Assembly: GCA_030390025.1 (NCBI GenBank)
Contig: CM059440.1
Coordinates: 67,208,001 to 67,272,000 of the forward strand
DNA from: Squalus acanthias
Lineage: Eukaryota
Length of the DNA: 64,000 bases
Reading direction: 5' to 3'
Position 1 is the stretch's first letter. The number at the start of each line of letters is the position of its first letter. Shown here piece after piece: positions 1 to 12,900 of the stretch. The position numbers and the translations under genes are program-made. The notes below the pieces were generated by a model, which ran no database searches, was not told the origin of the DNA, and saw nothing but the letters and a program-made list of their open reading frames with translations.

Positions 1-219
1 GTTCTGGGCATCAAGTGAGGACAGTCTCAGACTAGGCTGTGGAGCCTCCCATCGTCGAATAGTCTGCCAACATTCACTCTCTGGGCTCACACATGTAGAA
101 TGACCACTTGAGCAAATTCCTGCTTATTAATGTATATTAATCCATTTAATAATGACCATGTTTATTCACATATCTTGTATTTCTTTCTTTAAGGAATTTA
201 CCAGCTAAGAGAAACAGCA

Positions 220-277
220 ATGAGATTGAATTCTCCGTTCCAAATTCTTGTTCTGTGGGGACAATTCGTAGTTGGTC
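220..277 (+). CDS. B7/butyrophilin-like gene copy A, leader (signal peptide) exon
   Basis: ATG at 220 reads MRLNSPFQILVLWGQFVVG, then a phase-1 donor C|GTAAGT at 277/278. An acceptor (ctttctttaag) at 193 implies a non-coding exon upstream of the window. Splices in frame to the IgV exon (C+CT = Pro). Too short for the ORF track. Confidence 0.85.
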
Positions 278-1023
278 GTAAGTCATAACTAACTTAATAA
301 TTTCAAGGAATTTGATGTGATGTTCTGCATTTGCTTTTTTGTTACTGCTCAATATTTGTTACACAATTACACTTAATTATCTTTATAACTGGCAGCTTTA
401 AAATCAGTTTCTTTCATTTACAACCAAACAATCCAGGAAGTGGACGGTCCACTGATGTGAATTATGGCCCATTGAGCCTTATCCAGCTCGTAACCATTCA
501 CAATGCAGTCCACTGAGCCTATATAACTTCGTTCTATTGCTATTTACATTTCTTACTTGCTGGTTTGCCATGTTTGCATTTTCTGAGCCTGGATGTTTGG
601 AAAGAGTTTTTTTAATTCATTCATGGGATGTGGGCGTCGCTGGCAAGGCCAGCATTTATTGCCCAGTTAGGATTAGTAGTTTTGCATCATTGGTGGATAA
701 ATCCTGAATCAGAACATCAGTAGTATCTGCAGCTAGACTTCTGCAAATTAATGGGAACTGGTACATAGATCATTAAAATATGAACAGGTACAGAAAATAA
801 TCAAAAGGTTAATAGAACGCTGGCCTTTATATCTAGAGGACTAGGATACAAGGGGGTAGAAGTTATGCTGCAGCGATACACCAGGAGTACTGTGAGCAGT
901 TGTGGGCACCGCACCTTAGGAAGGTCTTTCCGCAGATATTGACTGACCTGCTGAGTATTCTTTTACTATTTTCTGTTTTTGTTTCAGATTTCTAACATTT
1001 TATCCTTCCTCTTTAACTTACAG

Positions 1024-1377
1024 CTGGATTTGAAGTCCGAATGGTTACTGGACCAGTGGCAGCTATCAGTGACCAAATTGTTGTGCTAGGATGCAGTTTC
1101 ACTGTGACTGGAGAGCCACCTGAGAAGAATATCGTTGTCACCTGGCAGCTCGTCGACACTGAAGAGGTTGTCCACAGTTATTATTATGGCGAAGACCAGC
1201 TCAGCAAGCAGAATCCTCAATATTCAGGCAGAACAAGTCTATTCCCAGAGGAGTTTAAAAATGGAAATGCTTCACTGAAATTAAAAGGAGTAAGACCAAA
1301 CGACGCTGGACTATACCAGTGTTATGTCAGTAATACAGTTGGAAATGATAAAGGAACAGTTTCTGTCAGAATTGCAG
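1024..1377 (+). CDS. B7-family (CD276/VTCN1/HHLA2-like) gene copy A, IgV exon
   Basis: Acceptor ttacag|; reads FEVRMV...VVLGCSF...VTWQ...VHSYYYGEDQLSKQNPQYSGRTSLF...GNASLKLKGVRPNDAGLYQC, the typical B7/BTN V-set motifs; phase-1 donor G|GTAAAT. Confidence 0.92.
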
Positions 1378-2950
1378 GTAAATATACTGAACGTATTTCT
1401 CTTTTCTTAGTTGCCCATCTTACCTGACTCACGCTACAGTATTGTTGCCTCGAATACATCCTCTCTCTTTATTCATAGTGAATGGGTAACAGGTCATGTA
1501 CTGTAAACTTCTTCCCATTAAGTGTTAATAAGCACAGTGCAGAACAGAGCTAATATAGCCCATTATGTAATCGAGAGGAAATGGAACATTTCTCAAATTG
1601 CCTGGGATAAAAGTTGGAGTCCCAGAGGAAAGAAAATGTTGGGAACTGCATTTTTAACACATTTACACTTTTCGTTAGGTTACAAGTTTTTCAATCCATG
1701 TCCAGTGCCACCTCACTGGGAGAACCTCTCTCACCAGTGACAGATCGCTTCTGCCACCTCACCTGCAGCTGCCATCTATTCCAGCCTATGGAGGGAGTCA
1801 TTGGAGAGCCTGGGTGCAAGAGGTCACCTTTGTGCAGTGATTGTCAGTGTTTTCAGCCCCTCAATGCTGTCAAACACTGAGAAATCAACTGTCAAAATAA
1901 AATAGTGCATGGTCCCTTTAAGGAAACCGACAGATGACGCATCATTAAATGATGTCAGCAGACCCGCTTCCTATTAATTGGCTGGCAAGCCCGCAGGGCG
2001 GGCTTAACAAGGTCAATCAAGGCAAAATCACGTCCGTGGCCCAGATGCAGCTGGGGGCGGGACTGGAAGCCGGAAACCACCTGACCCGCAGCCAACCCGC
2101 CTCCATTGATAAAATCGCGGCCTTAGTTTTATGATGCCTCAAAATAGCACTGGAGGATGATTTACCTGGACCCCCTCTCTCAGGTTCGAGCTCCGTTTGA
2201 ATATGGTCCGGTCACAGCCCTAGTACTCCTTGCAGGGCCCTAATGTCAGGAAATGTCAGTTGGAGTACAGCAGCCAGAATGGTAGAAGAGCTGGGGGGGG
2301 CTCATGGTTTAAAAAAAAACTTTCAGCTACCTTTCAGTTTCTCTTTGCTTTGCTGCCCGGTCCCCTCAGACCCACCGACCCGAGTGGGTGCCTAACACAA
2401 GGCCCACCATCAGCTTCTTGGGGTACCTCTACATCTGGGCACCCCTGGGCTGCAGAGGAAAATCTATCAGGCAGGAGACCGGGAATGCCCCTCCCACCTC
2501 ATTTAAGTGAGCACATTGTGCAGGTCCTACTCCACCCCTTGGAGCAAGCACTGGCAATCCCAGGACAGTTTAAAGGAGGTGGGTGCCTGGCATAACTGGT
2601 TTTTGCCCCTGTTATGACATTTGTGCCCAGAGAATAGGCGTTCCCTGGGGTAAAGGCCAAGATAATCTGCCTATGATGTAATGAGATTGCGATCAAATCA
2701 TTTTTTCATCTTCTGAGGATGCTCAACCTGTGCAGAACTCGAACGTCAAGTACGCACTTGACCTCTAACTCTTCTGTGCTGCACTCCTTGTACTCAAAAC
2801 AAATAAGTGACTGGTAACCAAGAACTTTATAATCATTATATTAGGCCGTGCATTGTTCTGCAATATAGCTCAAGCATATACCAAAGGTATATGGCACTGT
2901 ATCATTTATTACTGAAGAGGCAAGACTGAAAGATTGTTTTAATTTCACAG

Positions 2951-3238
2951 CATACTACAATGAGCCAGTGCTGTTGATCAAACAGAAACTGTCCAGCACC
3001 ATTTTAACATTTGAGTCCCGAGGCTTTCCTAAGGCTGATGTTTCTTGGTACAACGGAGACAATCTACATGATTCCCTTTTGTCCAAATGTTTATACCAGC
3101 AAACTGCTGATGGTCTGTACATAGTCGAAAGCACTATGGAAATCATTGTCACAGAAAGAAGTTCAAACTATACATTCGTGTTAAGAAATGCTGCTGTCAA
3201 TCAAACTATCTCGAGGACACTTAGTTTTCTTATTGCAG
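2951..3238 (+). CDS. B7-family gene copy A, IgC-like exon (canonical Cys replaced by Phe)
   Basis: Acceptor ttcacag|; AYYNEP...LTFESRGFPKADVSW...GLYIVES...NYTFVLRN; donor G|GTAAGA; phase 1 at both ends. Confidence 0.88.
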
Positions 3239-3865
3239 GTAAGATTTTGCTTGTTCTTCTCACCAATTTTCTTCCTCTCCTTCTCGCTTGAAGGTACCAG
3301 GCCACTCTCACACTCAGGTGGGTTATTATTTATGTGGGAACATTAATAGTGGGTTTTACCAGGCGGATCATCAATGGTGCATCAGAGCTGCACCTGATCC
3401 TATCCTCACCTTCTGTCCACAAAGGTGCAGTTTCAGAATGGGTCACTGATAACCCTAGGGCATTAAGACCAATTGTCACATCCATACTGCTGTCCCAGCT
3501 GTTATCAGCTAACTCAGCATATATTGAAGGTGGGACTGCATGACTCAGCTACTCACTGGAGAGACTCACTGAGCCACTGGAGGAGTTAGACTTTTCATTT
3601 TAATAATAATAACTGAGTCATCTATTTATTATTTTAGAAAATGAATCTTTACAAAACAAATTCAATTCACACAATTTTCATCGCTAGTACATTTAAGTTG
3701 AGTATTCAGTAATTTGCTCATCACTTTAGTCGCTTCTACCCACCAGGAAGCCGCAGTAGCATCTGAATAGAACCTCCTTGTGATTTTTTTGAGCTGCTTC
3801 TATTTTTATGATTCTTTTTATTCAAGGAATAAAAGGTTTTTTTCCTCTTTTTTTTCTACTTCCAG

Positions 3866-4044
3866 AGAATTCAATCGGGAAGAAAGACCGTTCCTGCAGT
3901 TATTATGCAGCCCTCATCAGTTGCATTCTGGGGACTATACTCATAATAATAATAATAATAATAATAGCACTAACTGTGATGTTACATAAACACAGGTATA
4001 TTAAACCAAAGAAAATGGAATACAATAATCCAGGTCTACCATGA
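3866..4044 (+). CDS. B7-family gene copy A, transmembrane plus short cytoplasmic exon
   Basis: Polypyrimidine tract and ttccag|; ENSIGKKDRSCSYYAALISCILGTIL(I)8ALTVMLHKHRYIKPKKMEYNNPGLP*. The four exons total 879 nt (292 aa). AATAAA at ~4593. Confidence 0.82.
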
Positions 4045-5309
4045 GATCACTCTGGATTCCAAAATATCCTGATGGTTGTAACCAATTCTCTGCTGGACCT
4101 GTATGGTGTTTGGAGTTACAAATGGATATGTTATGAATGCTGTTTGTTCCAAATAATGAGCCTGAATGGTCGGAATATCGATGAGTGATCCGCATGTAAT
4201 AGCAACAAGGAATCCATGGGTATTCGTACTGAGTGATCCACATGTAATGGCTATGAAGGATCCTGTATTCAGTCTGAGTGATCCACAAGAACTTGAACTG
4301 ATAAGGAGGTGTTTGTAATAATCAGTGAGAGAGATTATCTAACTGGTCACTCGACAGAGCTCTCTGTAACTACGGGAGAATAAGAGGAAGAGGAGTGTTA
4401 GATGACTGGTTGTGTTCTAAACCTACTAAAAACTGTTCAACTGAAAAAAATGCTGTAATAGCAGATCGATGATTTCTAGATGCTGACTGTGTTGTATGTT
4501 CGCGAATGTTTCCTTGCACCCTGAGTGTGAGTCTAATCTGTTTTCTATAGTCACCCCTACTCTGTATGTTTCACTGCTATGTTTAATTCAGAAATAAATA
4601 TATGTCAATCAAATTATGTATGACTCTGGTTTGGCATTTAATGTTCCACCATTCTAGAGTGAATTGAGGCTGTAGAATATCACTGGGCTCAACAATGCTG
4701 GCCCACTACTGCATTGTTGGAAGCACTACCCTCAGGCACCATGTGTACCTGTCCACACTCAGCTGCTCTCATTCAATAATGCTCATTGAATATATTTTCT
4801 GGCACTCCCAGTACATCAATCATGATGCTCAAGGACTGCCAAGAAAATGGATCTGGCGTATTGTGGGGAAGGTGTGAGGGGGGGAGTGGTGGTGGTGGAA
4901 GGAACAATCAGGGACATTTTTTATTTTTTGATGGGACCTCCTCTTCAGTGCCTGTATCAGCATGCACCGATGCTCCCATCACAGCTCTCCCAATCTCAGG
5001 CCATGGCTTAACATCCCATTCCTTGCCAGCTGCAAGCTCTTCCCCTCCCATCGCAGATGAGGTCATTTCTGTGGCTATATGGAGATTTGGAGCCCCAGGT
5101 CAGACTCTAGGACACTATGGGAGGTGAAGGAAAGAGGAGAAAGTGATAGACATGAAGATAGAAAGAGAGAGTGCGAGACATAAGAACAGAAATAAAATGT
5201 ACACAGAGTGAGGGACATAGAGGAAAAATAGGATACTGAGGGGAGGAGACACAGAGGAGAAGGAAAGGGTGAAGAACAATAGATACAAAAACAAGGACTG
5301 AAAGTTCAT

Positions 5310-6179
5310 TCGCAACTCCTTAGATAATGAAGCAGTCCATGCCCACATGCAGCAAGACCTGGATGACATTCAGGCTTGGGCTGATAAGTGGTAGGTAACA
5401 TTCGCGCCTCACAAGTGCCAGGCAATGCCTATTTCCGATAAGTGAGCGTCTAACCACCGCCCTTGACATTCAACGGCATTACCATCGCCGAATACCCCAC
5501 CATCAATATCCTGGGGGTTACCATTTACCAGAAACTTAACTGGACCAGCCACATTAATACTGTGGCAACAAGAGCAGGTCAGAGGCTGGGTATTCTGCAG
5601 CGAGTGTCTCACCTCGTGACTCCCCAAAGCCTTTCCACCATCTACAAGGCACAAGTAAGGAGTGTGATGGAATACTCTCCACTTGCCTGGATGAATGCAG
5701 CTCCAACAACACTCAAGAAGCTCGACACCATCCAAAACAAAGCAGCCCACTTGATTGGCACCCCATCCAACACCTCAGCCATTCACTCCCTCCACCACCT
5801 GCGCACCGTGGCTGCAGTGTGTACCATCTACAAGATGCACTGCAGCAACTCGCCAAGGCTTCTTCAGCAGCACCTCCAAACCCGTGACCTCTTCCACCTA
5901 GAAAGACAAGGGCAGCAGGCGCACGGGAACACCACCACCTCCAAGTTTCCCTCCAAGTCACACACCATCCTGACTTGGAAATATATCGGCGTTCCTTCAT
6001 CGTCGCTGGGTCAAAATCCTGAAAGTCCCTACCTAACAGCACTGTGGGAGTACCATCACCACACGGACTGCAGTGGATCAAGAAGGCAGCTCAGCACCAC
6101 CTTCTCAAGGCAACTAGGGATGGGCAATAAATGCTGGCCTTGCCAGCGACGCCCACATCCCGTGAACGAATAAAAAAAA
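5310..6179 (+). mobile_element. 5'-truncated CR1/L2-group LINE 3' fragment
   Basis: RT C-terminal residues (YKAQVRSVMEYSPLAW), then 3' UTR and A-tail (gaataaaaaaaa). Same family at 17095-17515 (-), 17835-18327 plus 26629-26837 (+), and 610-665 (-). Confidence 0.85.
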
Positions 6180-6289
6180 GTGACTCATTGCCATAACAAG
6201 AGGATGCACATGGGAAATAGTGAATTCAACCCACATCTAAATTCCCTTGTTCCCTCCCACCAACTTCTCTGCCCTCTTTCTTTATTCAT

Positions 6290-6500
6290 GAGTAGAGTAG
6301 CCTAGTGGTTAAGGCACTAGATCAGCAATCCAAAGGTCATGAGTGAAAACCCTACTTGGCAAGCTGTGAAATTGAATTTGATGAAAATCTAGCAATATGT
6401 GGGCTAGCAGCAGAAAAATGGCTTTTGGACTGTTGTAAATCACCAACTGAATTACTAATGTCCTCAGAGAAGGAATTGGCCTGGCACACATGTGACTCCA
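6290..6500 (+). mobile_element. Degenerate tRNA-derived SINE
   Basis: A-box-like TAGCCTAGTGG and a tRNA-like head. Confidence 0.45.
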
Positions 6501-6617
6501 GTCCACATTATCTGGTTGAGCCTCAATACCTTCAGGATACCTCGGGATGGGCAATAAATACTGCCTCGCCAATGTTGCCTGCATCCAAGATCATGGAAAA
6601 ACCTCACCCTGAACTCA

Positions 6618-9040
6618 GAAGAACAGAAGAAACAAGAGCAGGAGTAGGCCATACGGCCCCTCGAGCCTGCTCCGCCATTCAATAAGATCATGGCCGATCA
6701 TCGACCTCAACTCCACTTTCCCGCCCGACCTCCATATCCCTTGATTCCCCTAGAGTCCAAAAATCTATCTCTCTCACCCTTGAATATACTCAAAGAATCA
6801 GCATGCACAGCCCTCTGGGGCAGGGAATTCCAAAGAGTCACAACCCTCTGAGTGAAGAAATTCCTCCTCATCTCAGTCTTAAATGGCCTACCCCTTATCC
6901 TGAGACTATGCCTCCTAGTTTTAGACACTCCAGCCAGGGGAAACAACCTCTCAGCATCTACCCTGTCAATCCCCTTCAGAATCTTGTATGTTTCAATGAG
7001 ATCACCTCTCATTCTTCTAAACTCCAGAGAGTATAGGCCCATTCTACACAACCGCTCATCATAGGACAACCCTCTCATCCCAGGAATCAATCTAGTGAAC
7101 CTTCATTGCACCGCCTCCAAGGCAAGTATATCCTTCCTTAGATAAGGAGACCAAAACTGTGCACAGTACTCCAGATGTGGTATCACCAAGGCCTTGTACA
7201 ATTGTAGCAAGACTTCCTTACTCTTATACTCCAACTCCCTTGCAATAAAGGCCAACATGCCATTTGCCTTCCTTATTGCTTGCTGTACCTGCATGCTAGC
7301 TTTCTGTGTTTCTTGCACGAGGGCACCCAAATCTCTCTGAACACCAACATTTGAAAGTTTCTCACCATTTAAAAAATATTCTGTTTTTATATTCTTCCTA
7401 CCAAAGTGAATAACCTCACATTTCCCTACATATACTCCATCTGCCACCTTACTGCCCACTCACTTAGTCTATCAATATCCCTTTGCAGACTCTTTGTGTT
7501 CTCCTCATAGTTTACTGTCCCACCTAGCTTTGTATCATCAGCAAACTTGGATATATTACACTCGGTCCCTTCATCTAGGTCATTAATATAGATTGTAAAT
7601 AACTGAGGCCCCAACACTGATCCTTGCGGCACCCCACTAGTTACAGCCTGCCAACCTGAAAAAGATCCGTTTATCTGTACTTTTTGTTTTCTGTTCGTTA
7701 ACCAATCCTCTATCCATGCTACTATATTACCCCCAACCCTAGGAGCCCTATTCTTGTGTAATGACCTTTTATGTGGCACCTTATCGAATGCCTTTTGGAA
7801 ATCCAAATATACTACATCTACTGGTTCCCCTTTATCTACCCTGCTAGTTAGATCCTCAAAAAACTCTAATAAATTTGTCAAACACGATTTCCCTTTCATA
7901 AAACCATGTTGACTCTGCCTAATCATGTTATGATTTTCTAAGTGACTTGATACCACTTCCTTAACAATGGATTCCAGCATTTTCCCAATGACTGATGTCA
8001 GGCTAACTGGCTTGTAGTTCCCTGTTTTTTCTCTCCTTCCTTTCTTGAATAGCGGTGTTACATTTGCAACCTTCCAATCCGCTGGGACCATTCTAGAATC
8101 TAGGGAATTTTGGAAGATCAAAACCAATGCATCCACTATCTCTTCAGCCACATCTTTTAGAACTCTAGGATGTAGGCCGTCAGGTCCAGGGGATTTGTCG
8201 GCTTTTAGTCCCATTAGTTTAGTACTTTTTCTCTACTTATATTAATTACGTTAAGTTCCTCGTTCTCCACCATTTTTGGTGCGTTTTGTGTCTTCCACTG
8301 TGAAGACAGATACAAAATATTTGTTTAACGTTTCTGCCATTTCCTCATTCCCCATAATAATTTCTCCTGTCTCAGCCTCTAAGGGACCAACATTTACTTT
8401 TGCTGTTTTCTTTTTCACATACTTGTAGAAACTCTTACAATCTGCTTTTATATTTCTTGCTAGTTTTCTCTCATATTCTATTTTTTCCCTTTTTATCAAT
8501 TTTTTGGTCAACCTTTGCTGGTTTCTGAAACTACCCCAATCCTCCCTCATACTATTATTCTTTGCAACATTATAAGCTTCTTCTTTCAATCTAATGCTAT
8601 CCTTAACTTCTTTAGTTAGCCACGGTTGGATCACTTTTCCTGTGGAGTTTTTGTTTCTCAATGGAATGTATTTTTGTTAGGAATTATGAAATATTTCTTT
8701 AAATGCTAGCCACTGCTTATCTACCGACATACCTTTTAATCTATTTCTCCAATCTATCTTAGCCAACTCGCTCCTCATACCTATGTAATTGGCTTTATTT
8801 AAGTTTTAGAGTCTAGTTTTGGACTTAAGCAAGTCACTCTCAAAATCAATGTGAAATTCTATCATATTATGATCACTCTGCCCCAAAGGTTCCTTTACTA
8901 TGAGATTGCTAATTAACCCTGTCTCATTACACAATACAAGATCTAAAATAGCCTGTTCCCTGGTTGGTTCCATGACATATTGTTCTAGGAAACTGTCCTG
9001 AATGCATTCCATGAACATGTCCTCCAGACTACCTTTGCCA
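6618..9040 (-). mobile_element. CR1-clade LINE (HER1-like), 5'-truncated ORF2 with frameshifts
   Basis: Minus-strand ORFs with [36 protein letters not shown]; CR1-type 3' hairpin and short-repeat tail near 6620-6680. Confidence 0.92.
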
Positions 9041-9905
9041 ACTCACCACAACTCCCTTGCTCTCACCATAGCCACAATGTCAATTACCAACAAGGCCATC
9101 TCTGACCATTTACTTGTCTCACTGCCCTCAGCCACAATACTTTGTGGATTCTCCCCTATATTCATCAACCCACTTAACTACCTTTCTGTGGTGACCTGCT
9201 TGCTGGCCTTGTCAATTGCTCCTTTCCTGAGGCATTGCTTCCTCCCCCTCTTCAGCTATTGCTCCATCTCTGACCTCCCCTTTCTCTCTAAGCTCATCAA
9301 CTGTGTCATTGCCACCATCTCCATGCTCACTTTTTCTTAACACTCCATATTTTCTTCCCTTCAGTTTGTATTCCATCCCAACACAGGATGGAGACCACAC
9401 TGGTCAAAATCACCAACATTATCTTTCCTTGACCTCGCCACAGTTTTCAACACAGTTGATCACACCATATTTCTCTACCGCCTCCTCTCCATGGACAACG
9501 TCTGTGGCATTTACTTTACATAGTTCTATTCCAACCTATCCCGACATAGGCAGCATATCTCTTGCAATGCTGCTCCCTCTGCTCCACCATCAGTTGCAAA
9601 GCCCTCAGTCATCAGTCCTGGCTATGCATATGCAGTTATATTTCTGTTGTTCTTATGCAGTAGAATAAAGCAGAATGTCTACATAAATGTCAGTAAAAAC
9701 CACCTCTTTCGTTAAGTTTTGGCTGCTCTGGAGAATGGGCAGCAACATTGCAAAGAAAACCTCCCTGCCGTCAGGAATGATGCAAACTGCTGGCTAAATT
9801 TTAACACTGGCACAATGGAAGCATATGGTGAGATAACTACTCAAGCAGCTTTTATACTCTGCAACAAGTGCCTGTCCTGAAGAGGCGAGCTGCAACCAAA
9901 GACAA

Positions 9906-12900
9906 TGTGGTAACACAATACAGCTTCCTGTGACTCGAACTTTATTGCATCACTTCCTGTGATTAGTCCAGGATAAATACGGGACTGATCAGTTGGATCC
10001 TGGAGAGGCATAGAGTAAGACCTCTTTTGTATGTAGCAGCTTTTTAGTTGATTAAAGCTTACTTTAAGTTCACCACGCGTAAGGCTCATTCTTACGACAA
10101 TTTAATCAACTTTGAAAAACTTCGCACTCAAACTTTTTGGACGAACTCGGAACTAAGGATCCAGGGAATCACCCATCATGGAAAACATCCTTAAACCATC
10201 GCGTCTTGACTTGGACCCAAACACCCCAGCAGCCGGTAAGGTGTGGAATCACTGGTCTCGCACGTTTGACAATTTTCTCGAATATTGCAAGGCTGATGAT
10301 GACACAAAGTTGCGGATACTCATCAACTGTGTCACTCCGAATGTATTTCAGTATGTTGAGGAATGGGGCAGTTACGAGGAGGCAATTCGGACGCTTAAAA
10401 GACTATATACTAAGACACCGAATGAGGTCTATGCCAGACATCTACTAGCTACAGCCCAACAAGGGCCGGAGGAATCCATTGATAAATTCCTCCAAGAGCT
10501 TCGCAGACTTAGTATGGACTGTAACTTTCAGGCGGCCTCAGCTGAGCTGTACCGTGAAGAAATGATCCGTGATGCTTTCATCTGCGGGCTTGCCTCCCCA
10601 TTTATACGCCAGCGTCTACTGGAAAGTAAGACACTTGAGCTTCAGAGAGCTTATGACATGGCTTGCTCTCTAGATCTGGCAAAAAGAAATGCAGACCTTT
10701 ATACAGTGCCCAGACCTCGGTCTGCTGCCTTAACTACAGTCAGGCAATTTAAGAGGCCACAGGTGAACTCTATTAGGGAGGACTTTATCCCTGACGATCA
10801 ATCTGATGACTTCACTGATGAAGAGGATGATGACCCCACTGTGGCAGCCTCTTGGCAATCTAAGAAATGCTTCTTTTGTGGTGATGAGTTTCACCCTCGG
10901 AAATTCTGCCCTGCTCGCAATGCGTTTTGCAGTCATTGCAACAAAAAGGGTCATTTTGCAAAGGTTTGCCTATCAAGAGCCTCTACGAGGGCTTATCAAG
11001 CTAAGTCCTACCGAACTGCCCCGGTAAGGGCCTATCAAGATGTTCCGGCTAAAATCTATCGTGCTTCCTCTCGGGTTTTCTCTCGAAGAAACACACCTAG
11101 AGTTTCAGCCACTCTTTGTGCAACGACACCAATTACAGCTGCTTGTCCTCAGAACCTATTCCATGCAGCTACAAAAGCATCAATTAATGGACATACTTTA
11201 GATGCCTTAATTGACTCAGGTAGCACTGATAGTTTCATTAGGGAACAGATTGTTGCAGAGTTAAAGCTACATGTTTTCCCATCGGACCAGGCAATTGCGA
11301 TGGCTCAGTCATCACTTAATACCAGAATTTCTGGCTTTTGTATGGTTGAAATAACACTTAATGGTCACAGGTATCCCTCCACCCGGCTTTCGGTGCTCAA
11401 GGACTTATGTAGTGATCTTATCTTAGGACTGGATTTTCAAAAGCAGCATAAGAAGCTCACCATTGAGTTCGGCGGATCCAAACCTGAACTCACTATTTCT
11501 AATATACGACCTCGATTACCGTTCTGTGCATTGTCAGCAGCTTCACTGGATGAACCCTCACTGTTTACCAGTATCCCTCCTCGATGCAAACCGATTATAA
11601 CAAAGTCACGACGTTTCAGTCAGGAAGACCAGTCTTTTATTGCGGCTGAGATTTCTCGGCTTTTAGCAGAGGATATCATCGAGCCTTGTTCGTCGCCATG
11701 GCGCGCCCAGGTCGTTATTGTTAAGAACCCTCTACAACCTCACAAGAAACGGCTGTGCATTGACTATTCACAGACCATCAATCAATATACGGACTTGGAC
11801 GCATACCCATTGCTGCGCATCGATGATATGGTTAATAAACTGGCTGAGTACACGGTGTTCTCAACATATGATCTGAAAAGTGCCTATCATCAGGTACCCT
11901 TGAAGGTCTCAGACAAGCAGTATACGGCCTTTGAAGCCAATGGACGGCTGTATCAATTTCGTCGCCTCCCCTTTGGGGTCACTAATGGAGTGGCTGTCTT
12001 CCAGCGAGCAATGGATGACCTGGTCAAACAGGAAGACTTGAAGGATACGTTTCCTTATCTGGACAATATTACTGTCGCAGGTCGCAATCAGCGGGAACAT
12101 GACGCCAATCTCCAACGATTTTGGGATGCACTCCAGCACCGTAATTTGACATTAAATGCGGCTAAATCCATTGAGTCACAACCAACCATCAACATCCTTG
12201 GCTATTGTGTGGGCAATGGCATCATTAAACCTGACCCTGAAAGGCTTCGCCCACTCCAAGAGCTCCCGCCACCTAAGAATCCGGCCTCCTTGCGCCGGGC
12301 CCTCGGCCTGTTTGCATACTATGCTAAATGGATTCCTAACTTCTCGGACCGAATCCAACCTCTACTGAAGGCCAGCACATTCCCACTAGACACAGCGGCT
12401 GTTGCAGCCTTTAACCTCCTGAAAAAACAGTTGGAGAAAGCGGCTCTTCACTCCATCGATGAGAGTCTTCCTTTTGTTGTTGAGTGTGATGCCTCGGAGG
12501 TGGCGATCTCGGCCACTCTGAATCAGGAAGGTCGTCCGGTGGCATTTTTGTCCAGGACTTTTCAAGGGGCTGAGCTACATTATCCTCCAGTCGAGAAAGA
12601 AGCTACAGCCATCATAGAGGCAGTACGGAAGTGGACTCATCTCCTAGCTCGCCAGCACTTTACCTTAATCACGGACCAGCGATCGGTCGCCTTCATGCTC
12701 GATAATCGAAAACGGACCAAAATTAAAAATAATAAAATCCAGCTTTGGCGGCTGGAATTGGCCTCTTTTGGTTACACCATCCACTATCGACCTGGCAAGG
12801 AGAATGTGGCTCCAGATACCCTCACACGAGCATTCTGCTCCGCCATGGCACCCTCTACGCTCGTAGACATCCATGATGGGTTGTGTCATCCGGGCGTTAC

